DNA of 63,622 bases, the filler included, from Chiloscyllium plagiosum (lineage: Eukaryota): NCBI RefSeq assembly GCF_004010195.1. It is 3 parts of one record of this genome, joined end to end, with 100 filler letters (N's around TTAATTAATTAA, not from the genome) between each part and the next. Parts side by side here need not be neighbours in the genome. Positions count along the whole stretch, not along the records: positions 29,091 to 59,324 come from NC_057714.1; positions 59,425 to 63,622 come from NC_057714.1; 1 more part is not named here. The stretch is one strand, 5' to 3'. The position numbers and the translations under genes were made by a program. Below are positions 52,610 to 63,189 of this stretch, in pieces (the stretch's first letter is position 1; each line of letters starts with the position of its first letter). The notes under the pieces are model-generated. The model saw only the letters and a program-made list of their open reading frames with translations. It had not been told where the DNA came from and did no database searches.

Positions 52610-54400
52610 TCTATTATTATAGATGTGGTAACAGAACACTTAGAGCAGAGTCAGCAAAAATGTATGAAAGGGAAATTTCAGTGTGATTTGGGCAATTTGA
52701 GTGAGTGGGCAATTCCATGGCAGATGAATATAATGGAGACAAATATGAGGTTACCACCTTCAGTAGCAAAAAGAGGAAAGCAGATTATTATCTGAGTGGA
52801 AATAGATTGGAAAAGTGGGAGGTATAACAAGGCCTAGGTGCCCTTGATTACCAGTTGCATACAGGTCCAGGAAGGTGGTCAAGAAGGCCACGGTTTGATG
52901 ACCTTGATAGCGAGGGATTCGACTACAGGGGCAAAGATATCTTGCTGCAAATTGTATCAGGCCATGGTGAGACAATACCTTAACTATTGTGTGCAGGTTT
53001 GGTTTCCTTACCCGACAAAGGGTTTTCTGGCAATGGAGGGAATGCAATTTTACTAGACTGATTCCTGGGATGGTGACACTGTGTTATGAAGCCAAACGCG
53101 ATCAATTAGGACAAAATTCACTGCAGTTCAGAAGAATGAGGGGATCTAATAGGATCTAAAATTCTAACAGGACTGGAAAGGATAAACACAGGATGAATGT
53201 TCCTGATGACTAGGGAGTCCAGAACTAGGGGTTACAGTCTAAGAATAGATAAGCAATTTAAAACTGAGATAGAAATTTCATTTTCTAAAATTTCTTCACC
53301 CAGAGAGTAGTGAGCCTGTGAAATTGTCCACTACAGAAAGTAGTTGAGGCAAACTCATTGCATGTTTTCAAGAAGAAAATAGATATAGTTCTTAGAGCCA
53401 TAGAGATCTACAGCACAGAAACAGACTCTTCAGTTCAACTCATCCATGCTGACTAGATATCCTAATTAAACTAGTCCCATTTGCCAGCACTTGGCCCATA
53501 TCCCTTTTAACCCTTCCTGTTCATATACCCATCCAAATGCCTCTTAAATATTGTAATTGTACCAACCTCCACCACTTCCTCTGGCAGCTCATTCCATACA
53601 CGCACCACCCTTTGCATGAAAAAGTTGTCCCTTAAGTCCCTTTTCAATCTTTCCCCTCTAACATTAAACCAATGTCCTTTAGTTCTGGACTCACCCATCC
53701 CAGGGAAAAACACCTTGTGTATTTATCCAATCTGGGCTCCTCATGTCTCAGACGTTGCAGGAAAAAGCCCCAGCCAATTCAGCCTCTCCTTGTAGCTCAA
53801 ATCTTCCAACCCTAAAGTCCTTGTAAATCCTTTCTGAAGCCTTTCTGGTTTCACATCAGGCTAAAGGAATGAATGGATGTGGGGCAGAAACAGGATATTG
53901 AGTCTGATGATCAGCCATGATCATTTTGAATGGCAGAGCAGGGCTGCAGGGTCAAATGACCTCTCCTGTTTCTATTTTCTAGCTTTCTACATTTCTAATT
54001 CATTTATGACAAATCTGTTCATTTTGTTTTGTGGATATAACCAGTAAGTTGGATAAGGGGGAACCAGTGTTTTTCATTTTTTTTATTTGTTCACTCATTG
54101 AACATGGATGTCGCTGGCAAATTGTCCATCCCTGGCAGCCCGTGAGAAGGTATGAAGGAGACGTCAGAGGTAGGTTCGTTATGCAGAGAATTGTGAATGC
54201 ATGGAATGCGTTGCCAGCTGTGGTGGTGGAAGCGAAGTCATTGGGGACATTTAAGTGACTGCTGGACATGCACATGGATAGCTGTGAATTGAAGGGTGCG
54301 TAGGTTAAGTTATTGTATTTTACATTAGGATTAAACCTCGGCACAACATCCTGGGCCAAAGGGCCTGTTCTGTGCTGTACTTTTCTATGTTCTATGTTCT
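52610..54400. mobile_element. Cluster of nested CR1 3' fragments on both strands
   Basis: LYQAMVRQYLNYCVQVW (+), FFMQRVVRVWNELPEEVV (-, 53400-53835), QRIVNAWNALP (+, 54140-54400). Confidence 0.85.
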
Positions 54401-54588
54401 ATTTGCACTGAGGCGTGGACTGCGCCTTTATTCATTTTGTTTGTATTCATTTTCAGGGGTGATGACAGATTGCCAATGCTTGTCCAGGTGCACAGTGGCC
54501 TTTTTTAAAGATAGCATGGGTGCTAACCGCATCTCACCACCCTGCACCCCCACCCCCTTTATCTGCAGCTTCTTCTAACCCCACCCCC

Positions 54589-54625
54589 AAGTCCTGAAGA
54601 AGGGTTACACCTGAAACATTGACTT
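54589..54625 (+). ncRNA. Minimal hammerhead motif (variant E) in a PLE terminus (about 54520-54685)
   Basis: AAGTC-CTGAAGA-A-GGGT-TAC-ACCT-GAAA-CATT-GACTT; 5-bp stem I; helix III ACGT decayed to ACAT. Confidence 0.7.
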
Positions 54626-56269
54626 CTCCACCTCTTGATGCTGCCTGCCTTGCTGTGTTCTTCCAGCCTGCTGCTTGACTACCGTGCCAGACTTTTAGCT
54701 GATATCTGGTGAAAAATGAGTTGGTCTAGAAACAGATAGCAGTAGAATGGGGCTAGAATCAGGTGGGAGGGATTCTTTAGTGCTGTCGTCGGTAGTTAAT
54801 GAGGTGATTTTGGTCAAATTTGACGAGAGATCTTGTTGGGCCTTGTGACGAGAAACCCACAATGACACTCAACAGAACTGACACTTTGCCAAAAAATTGT
54901 AATATTCAGCTCATAGAAGTAGGTGATGCTGTTGCTTGAAATAAATCTGCCTTTCTAATGGTATAACAGATTATTAATAACACTCCAAATCAAGGTTTCC
55001 TACATTTAGTATGTAAACTACAGGTGAAATAACATGGAGAATTAAAAGTCCAAGGCTGTGACCATCCTGAACTGAATCTATCCTAACAAATTCCACTTTG
55101 CAATTGTTGCCAGGTTCACACAACAGAAATTTAAGCTTTGTATGGAATTTCTAATTTGATTACTTTTGAAATGCAGCAATTGATAATGATGTGTTGATCT
55201 ACTGGTCTTCGAGAAGCCCCCAGAATGTAAGTCAGTGTGTAATCAGAATTCAAACAGAACACCAAGACATTATTTGACCTGTTAAGTCTTGCTCCTGCCG
55301 ATGGATCAGACATAACGTGCACTGTCATAAATTCTTCTTCATTTATTGGTCTCATGGGAGCAGCAAATAGTAGAGGTAAAAGGCAAAAACAGAACATTGT
55401 GAATTGCTGTAAAAATTCTCCCTGACCCCTGAATGAAATCTGCCAATAGAGTTATAAATCTGACATTACAATGAGATCTGATCAGTCACACCTTACAAAT
55501 TGCAATTGCAACAGGGCAGGAGAAGTGTCAAACAGGGTATTTGATCATCAATTCTTGTCCTTAGCCTTGTGTCATTCTTTTTACTCATTTATGAAAAGGC
55601 TGAATCATGCTCGTGGTCATTGTGTTGTGAAATAGGCTTCATGTTGTGCGTGCATTTTCACACGATGAGAAAAAGAGAGAGTGCAAAGCTGGATATGGAG
55701 GGCAGGTTTGTCAGGATTTGTAAAAGAAAGCTGGCTGAGCATTTTATGTGTCACCCTTTAGTACAACTAGGCGCAGTGAGGTTTCAGAAAGTCCTTTATA
55801 GGCCTGACAGTGACAAGACAGAACATGCCCAAGAGGAACGAAGAGAGAAAGGAGGAGTCACAGATCGGGGTAAAGAGCTCAGTCTTGTAACGACTTTCAT
55901 AAAGAAGCAGCAAAATGATTTCAATAGGCTAAGAACAGACATTGGATACACTTCTGCTGTGCATTTCCAGTGTTTTTGGTCTTTCTATTCCATTTTTTTT
56001 CAGGTTTGTGACTTGAACTATAACTTCCCATCTCTTAAATTCTCCTGAATAAATCTTAAAGCAAAGAAAATAGATGTGATACAGAGGTAGGCTCACTTGA
56101 CCTGAAACATAAACTCTGATTTCTCTTCACAGATGCTGCCAGATCTGCTGAGCTTTTCCAGCCATTTATCTTTTATTTCTGATTACAGCATCTGCGGTTT
56201 GTTCGGTTTTTAAAATAGATTTAACACCTTGAATATGAGATGAGGACAGACTCAAACAGGAAAAGGTTA

Positions 56270-56632
56270 GAGACACAAAGAAGGGACCTAAGGAGCAACT
56301 TTTTCACACAGATGGTGGTGCGTGTATGGAGTGAGCTATCAAAGGAAGTGGTAGAGGCTGGTACAATGCAACTTTTAAAAGGCCTCTGGATGGGTATATG
56401 AATAGGAAGGGTTCAGAGGGATATGGGCCAACTGCTGGCAAATGAGACTAGATTAGGTTATGATATCTGCTCGGCATGGACAAGTTGGACTGAAGGGATT
56501 GTTTTGTGTTGCACGTATCTATAACTCTATGACTAAGAAGTTAAAAATCACACAACACCAGGTTATAGTCCAACAGGTTTAATTGGAAGCACACTAGCTT
56601 TCAGAACGACGCTCCTTCACTATGACTAAGAA
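56270..56632 (+). mobile_element. CR1 3' end with a variant-B pLTR fragment (56540-56619) inserted at its tail
   Basis: TSD ctatgactaagaa at 56527-56539 and 56620-56632. Confidence 0.85.
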
Positions 56633-57243
56633 ATTATAGACAATCAGGTAAAAAATGTGGTTTCCAATGTGAGGTAAAACAGTACAGTTTCCATAAGGTT
56701 TACTATGAGGGTGAGATGGAAAAATGCAGGAGACAACAGGTACATATAATCATTGCTTTAACCAGTTTGCTTTGGGCTTATTTAGAAAAATGTTTAATCC
56801 AAAGGCAATCAGGTCAAATTAAAGATGTATGGGAGCTGGGCTGTCTGCTGGTTGAATTGTCGAGGGGAAGGTCAACCTTACCACATTTGACTTGTTGCTA
56901 TGAATAAGATTATCTATTATAGATGGTGGACAGTAAAGTAAATAGTAGGAAAACCCAGATGCAGGCAAATGATTCTGTGGGAGTGTAGCAATGATCTATA
57001 ATCTTACCGAACAAGAGAGAAGCAAAGTGGTTGGGGGACAAAAAGGCAAATTAGAAACTCAGTAAAATGACACCCAAATTGTTACTGTAAGATGAGAAAT
57101 GGAAAAGTGATGAAGACTTATTGTTACTAAAGCATGAAAATCTGTTATAAGATATAACCAAAATAACTTCATCATGGGCTGAAGGGATTGTTTGGTGTTG
57201 TACTTATCTATAACTCTATGACTAAGAAATTGTAAATGAGCAG

Positions 57244-57557
57244 GGGTGGTGCGGTGGCTCAGTGGTTAGCACTGCTGCCTCACAGCACCAGGGTTCCAGG
57301 TTTGATTCCAGCCTCGGGTGACTGTCTGTGTGGAGTTTGCACCTTCTTCCTGTGTCTACGGGGGTTTCCTTCAGGTGCTCCGGTTTCCTCCCACAGTCCA
57401 AAGATGTGCAGGTTAGGTGAATTGGCAAAGTTCAATTGCCTGTAGTGTTAGGTGTATTAGTCAGAGGGAAATGGGACTGGGTGGGTTACTCTTCGGAGGG
57501 TTGGTGTGGACTTGTTGGGCCAAAGGGCCTGCTTCCACACTATAAGGAATCTCATCT
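57244..57557 (+). mobile_element. HE1-type V-SINE
   Basis: Full-length similarity to 32404-32714. Confidence 0.92.
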
Positions 57558-58673
57558 ACTCACCTTCTTATTGCTGCCTTTATTAATGGTAAATGGATAG
57601 CAAAACTTCTCCAGTATAGGCAGTTGTCTATAAGTTTTGATGATATGGGTTATGGGGAGGTGTATATATCAAATCCGATTTGTAACCCAGTACCGACACA
57701 TTGGACTCTGTCAGGCCTCCATGCTGTTCTTCGTCAGTACGTGACCGGCACATATGGTGTTGCTACTTGGACAGGATCCCTACTACCTCTCCGATTGGTC
57801 AGAACCTTTTGGTAGGTATGATGTCCTTCCAAGCGGAGGCAGAAGCCATGAGCTGAGGCAGTGAACTGCTCGATACCTGTGAAATATGGCTGTGCCATTC
57901 TGGTTGCCAGAGGTGAAGTCCTCCTTCCCACCCTCCTCTCACCCAACTTTCCAGCCACCTCTGCATAAAGACCAGCCAAAGTCCTCTCAGGAACAACGTC
58001 TGAAGGAACATTTCATGGAGAGAATAACATGCAGAGCCTACCTGATGTTCTACCCGCTTACATTGGTAGGCGATAAATCTGATGGTCTTCACGAGGCATG
58101 TGTGATTTTTCTAACCAGGACATGGTCCGTCTTTCATTTTCATGTGAAATATTAAGCCCAACGATGAGGGGAGAATCTGCCTCATGAAATTCTAGTGTAA
58201 TCACAATTAGAATGACAAAATATTTAAACTTCAAGTCATGTCCTTCCCTGGAAAGGTCCTAACTCAAATCTCAGGCTGCTTTTCTTATTGGGGAAGATTT
58301 GCTGACATGGGATCTTTCCCTTGCTTTTTTTTTAATTTTGTGTGTACTGTTTTCTGGGTGAACTAAATCAAGGCTAAAGAGCCCCACGTAAGGTTTCTGA
58401 TGTGGAAACATCTGCACCCATCAGAGGCCCAGAAGAGCAATATCTCATATTCAGAGACAATGCTTTGATGTGCACTCCTGTTCACTGGAACTGTCTTTCC
58501 ACTCTGAATTCTTGATTTCTGTCCGATATTTACTCATCTGTATAAAGAGCAAAGTGGCAATTGTATAGCACCTCACACAACTTCAAGCTATTTTAGAGTA
58601 CTTCACTGTCGCGTAAGCACTTTTTAAATTCAAAAATATACTTTATTCATAAAACACTCACTTTGGATATAAA

Positions 58674-59324
58674 GTTAAAAATCACACAACACCAGTTTGT
58701 AGTCCAACAAGTTTAGTTGGAAGCAACATCAGGTGGTTGTGGAGTACATAATTGTAAGACCCAGAAATTAGAGCAAAAGTTTACAGTGTGATGTAACTGA
58801 AATTATACATTGAAAAATACTTTGATTGTTTGCTAAGTCTCTCATCTGTTAGAGTGTCCCTGTTAGTTTCACTTCTTTCATGCGTAAATCACAAAACTTT
58901 TTTTAAAAGTTACATTCTCAGGTTAACTTTAACAATTGGAGTCAGCCCCGATAATATGTTGAAGGTATTAAGCCCCCTGTGCTGTTGTCTGTGCCATACT
59001 GTTTAGACTGATTCAAATCTAAAAAATGAGTTAACAGAGTCTTACATGGATTCATGCAGTTTTTGAGTGAAGTACAATGTAACTCTGCAAATCCAAATTC
59101 CCCCCACAAACTTATATGTGTATATGTGCATGTGTGTGTGTGTGTGTCTGGGGTGGGGGTTGTGGGTGTCTGTGAGAGAGTGTGTATATGTGTGTGTGAG
59201 TGTAAAGGGGTCGAAGTCTGTCATAGGGTGCATGTGTGTGTGTATAGAAGTGCCTGTGTGTGTGTGTGTGTGTATAGGAGTGCCTGTGTGTATGTGTATG
59301 AGTGTCTGTGTATATGTGTGTGTG
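58674..59324 (-). mobile_element. Probable PLE (variant B) 3' region with a degenerate (TG)n microsatellite (about 59117-59324)
   Basis: Starts with the variant-B terminus gttaaaaatcacacaacaccag and runs into a gap. Confidence 0.55.
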
Positions 59325-59424
59325 NNNNNNNNNNNNNNNNNNNNNNNNNNNNNNNNNNNNNNNNNNNNTTAATTAATTAANNNNNNNNNNNNNNNNNNNN
59401 NNNNNNNNNNNNNNNNNNNNNNNN
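59325..59424. other. Assembly gap with an artificial six-frame-stop linker
   Basis: 44 N, TTAATTAATTAA (59369-59380), 44 N. Confidence 0.95.
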
Positions 59425-59667
59425 ATCAAAGTTGAAACTTTATTGCTGGAACAGCACAGCAGGTCAGGCAGCATCCAGGGAACAGGAGATTCGACGTTTC
59501 GGGCACAGGCCCTACTTCAGGAAGAACACTCTCTGCTCATTCCTGAAGAAGGGCCTGTGCCCAAAACGTCGAATCTCTTGTTCCCTGGATGCTGCCTGAC
59601 CTGCTGTGCTGTTCCAGCAATAAAGTTTCAACTTTGATCTCCAGCATCTGCAGTCCTCACTTTCTCC
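59425..59667. mobile_element. Fold-back pLTR pair (variant A) with two slightly mutated hammerheads
   Basis: 59425-59523 is the reverse complement of about 59540-59639; stem I ATTC/GAAT is perfect in the plus copy. Confidence 0.88.
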
Positions 59668-59679
59668 TTGCAGAAAATA

Positions 59680-60080
59680 AAGCTCTCAGCAAAGCACATA
59701 GCACATTCGTGTGGACAGAAGGTTGGGTTGCCAAAAGGAAGCAGACAGTAGATACAAATGGCTCATCTTCAGATTGGCAAAGTGTAACGAATATCGTGCC
59801 AGAGGGATTAATGTTGGTACCACAACAGTTTACAACTTATATTAATGAACTGGATGATGGGACAGGAAGATATGGTTGCAAAATTTGCCAATGACACAAA
59901 GATAGGTAGGAAATTAAGTTGTAAAGAGGAAACAAGGAGGTGACAAAAAGGAACAGACAGATTAAGTACGTGGCAAATGGAGTGTACAGTGAAAAAACAT
60001 AAAATTGTTCATTTTGGCAGAAAGAATAGAAAATAAGCTTATTAGTTAAATGTTGATAGATTGCAGAAGAATCTAGAAGT
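59680..60080 (+). mobile_element. Old CR1 RT fragment
   Basis: WQSVTNIVPEGLMLVPQQFTTYINELD; aaatttgccaatgacacaaag. Confidence 0.8.
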
Positions 60081-62055
60081 CATTGTGAACAAAATGACAG
60101 TTAAAATGATTGCTCTCTGATTAGATGCAACTTTTGTTTTTGGGAACTGATTTTGTTGTAAAGGAGACTATTGTAAATTAACCATTTGCACTATTCAATG
60201 ACGTTAAGCAGAACTGCCTTTAAAAACATCTCACTTTAAAAGATGCTATATCTGCGCATGTATATTCAATACTTTGTCTAATGTTGCTATAGAAATGAAA
60301 CACAATCTTTTAAGAGATCGGAGACAGGCATTTTAAAAAATAAAGATAAGTTTTTTTAAATTTAAGGTAGTGTTACAGAGCCTCTACATAGGGTGATGGG
60401 TGAGAAAATCTTGCTGCTGTACAATACCCGGTTATCAGGACCTTGGATGAGATGAAGTTTGTGGAGCATTTTTTGGAAGTATTTCTCCAGTTTCTCTTAC
60501 ATCTTCCTGCATGGTCTTTCCAATCTTAGCACACTCCTCACACCTTGACCTCCAGTTCTTTAACCGAGTGCCACTAAACTACACCCAACTTCCTTTACCT
60601 GTCTCCAAAAATCCAAGTGTGAAACTCTCTCCTCAGATTTTCATCACTGAATCATTCCTAACTGGAGTTACAAACTACATTGTGTGCCTGTGACAATGAA
60701 AGTTGCCCTTGATTTATAAATTCATAAAAGCAAAGTAAAATTTACATTTCAGCAGTTTAGATATAATAGACATCCATCACCATAATTATTTTCCAGGTTT
60801 GACAGACACACAAAATCTGTGTGTCTTATAATTTTCATATTTAGCACTCAGGACATTTTTGGGTTAATAGCATTGTACAAGTGAACTGTGAAATTGATTA
60901 TTGCTGAGTAAGAGAAATTTTATTAAACCTTCTCATCTTGCAATCAGTCAATTCCTCCCCTCCCACGTCTCCCATTGGTATTTCTGCGAATTATCCCAAT
61001 GAGTACAAGATAAAAGGCTTTGAATACGTGTGTTTTAGCAATACTTGAATTGATAAGTATATTAAACTAATGACTTCAAAATCACTTGAGGGAAATACAC
61101 AGCATAAAATTCTCAAGACAGAAAATCACTGACAAGCTTAAGCTCTTTGCTTGAATAATGAAGACGCAACATACGATCGACTTCTGTTTCTTAAGGACTT
61201 TGAACGCTGTCTACTGAATTTACTCATGGCTAACCTTTGGCTTTAACTCCAGTTTTCTACCTATTCCTCATATTCCATGATTCTACGAGAATGCAAAAGT
61301 TTGTCTACTCCAGGTGCATTCTCAAGTACAGTTGAAGTACACTCAATTATGCAGTGGACGAGAAGAATCTAAGGATTCGCAACCTTTTGAGCGAAATCAT
61401 TTTGCTCATCTCGGTCCCAAATGACTTGCCTTCTGCCGGAAAAACAACACATCAGTGTCAAGTTCCAAACTTTTGAAAAGGAGTGAGACCAAATCAAAAT
61501 CCCACAAATCAGCAGCTGGCGACACCAAAGTGGAGATGATCCGCAGGAGGCGGAGGGAGCAAGTGAGATGGAGGAGGAGGAGGAGCCTTCGACAAAACTC
61601 ATCGCTTCCACGTAACTGGGGCGGCGGGGGGGAAGAAAGGGGAGAAGAGGAGAAAGTTCTGCTGCAGTCCTGGGAAATTCTCCACTCCCTTCACGACTGT
61701 AATCAGTAACACGGTGACATTTTAAACCACTGTCCCAAAGCTGGCCAGTGCAAGACTGACAAACCGGTTCCTCTGGGGAAGATTTTTAAAAAGGGGGAAT
61801 GGAGGGTTCAGACATAATAATTAACATAATAATAAACATCAAACATATTAATAATGACCAAATCCACCGCGGGCCCAGGGGTGACACTCAGCCCTAAGGA
61901 AAGGGGAGGGAATGTGGGATTGACGGGGGAACACGTGCCCGAGGGCCCTCAGCCCAGTTACTCGCCACTCGGACGCAAACCCGGCCTTTCAATGTGTAGC
62001 GTCTGACAAGCCAGTCACCCGGTCGCTCGCAGCCCCCCGAACCGCCACGACCTGC

Positions 62056-62103
62056 CTTGGAGGACGGCACCACCGTGATCTTCTTGAAGTTGTAAAGCGC
62101 CAT
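62056..62103 (-). CDS. GTPBP4: GTP-binding protein 4 (NOG1), first coding exon
   Basis: MALYNFKKITVVPSSK matches the conserved N-terminus (human MAHYNFKKITVVPSAK as recalled); Kozak gcaATGG; similarity stops after codon 16, followed by GCAGGT. Confidence 0.9.
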
Positions 62104-62196
62104 TGCGACCCGCCACTCCGCACCGGGAGAGAGGACGAGGAGGAGGAGCCCATGAGCAATGGCGACAAGATGGTCCAGATTGTTCAGTCCTCCCAA

Positions 62197-62477
62197 CTGG
62201 AAGATGAAACAGCGCCACCCCACTTCACCTCAGCCTGGGAGGAGAAATAACGTCACCACGCTCCGACCAGTCCTGGAGGTGAAACATGCGCCACCCCGCT
62301 GACCACAGCCTGGGAGGTGAAATAGCGTCACCACGCTCCGCCCAGTCCTGGAGGTGAAGCAGCGCCACCCCTATTATCACAGCCTGGGAGGTGAAATAGC
62401 GTCACCACGCTACGCTCAGTCCAGGAGGTGAAACAGCGCCACCCCTCTTACCACAGCCTGGGAGGTGAAACAACGTC
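62197..62477 (+). repeat. Higher-order minisatellite: eight 36-38-bp units alternating A/B (dimer period 74-76 bp)
   Basis: Units start at 62197, 62235, 62273, 62310, 62348, 62384, 62422 and 62458; shared core ctgg(g)aggtgaaa. Confidence 0.9.
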
Positions 62478-62571
62478 CCGCCTTCTCCATCCCTTAATGT
62501 GGGTTGGAGAAACTGGACCTTGGTGAATGTTTGTTTTTATTTTTGGATAGATATTGTGTGAAAGATATCTT

Positions 62572-62672
62572 AATCAGAACAAACAGGGTGCTGGAGAAAT
62601 TCATTAGGTCTGTAAGCATCTTTGGAGAGAGAAACAGAGTTAACATTTCGAGTCCAGTATGACACTTCAGAA
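62572..62672 (-). mobile_element. Solo pLTR (variant C-like), decayed
   Basis: Reverse complement ctcgaaatgttaactctgtttctctc, similar to 51050-51145. Confidence 0.65.
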
Positions 62673-63189
62673 TTGAAAGATGTTAATTTTTTAATGTACA
62701 CTGTTGACCGAAGAGAAGACTGTTGTTAGTGGTGGAGAAATAGAGAAAAGTGGTGTAAAAGGTTATAAGTCTGGACACACCACCATCAGGAATATCACAT
62801 CTCTGCTAACAATCTGAGGATTCAATGTGGGCCACATAGGATGGAGTTTAGACATTTCTTCACCCAAAGATTGGTGAGCCTGAGATGTTAAGGGGTTAAT
62901 TTGCTCAGCTGACCTTTAGGAAATTGGATGTATTTGGGGGGGTAGGGTGGTATTACAGGTACAGTGTAAAAAAATTACACTGCCATCTCCTATTATCCAG
63001 CAGAAATTTACATTATCATCTTCTACTATTCAGAGTAAATTTAAATTATCATCTCCTATTCAGAGTCAGTAAGAACATTGCAGTTAAAAGTCTGACTACA
63101 CCCTGCAGCTTAAAAAAGCGATTTACACCAGATCTTGCCATTAACAAATTACTGTTTCTGGAGATAATCAGGTCACTGCATTGTGTCTT

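Larger units (their letters stand above)
61860..62480. promoter_or_regulatory. CpG island / promoter of the GTPBP4-like first exon
   Basis: Locally GC- and CpG-rich unique sequence in an otherwise CpG-depleted window, surrounding the ATG. Confidence 0.75.

Noticed and set aside
55569..56048. 159-aa ORF in unique sequence
   Set aside because: GTG start, no recognisable motif and no convincing splice context; compatible with chance
57564..58155. Coding-looking unique stretch with a minus-strand donor AAG|gtgagt near 57563
   Set aside because: Stops in all frames, no clear acceptor and no recognisable protein or viral motif
62197..62477. Regularly spaced 37-bp repeats suggesting a CRISPR array
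   Set aside because: The intervening parts are themselves repeated (A/B), there are no unique spacers or cas genes, and the DNA is vertebrate
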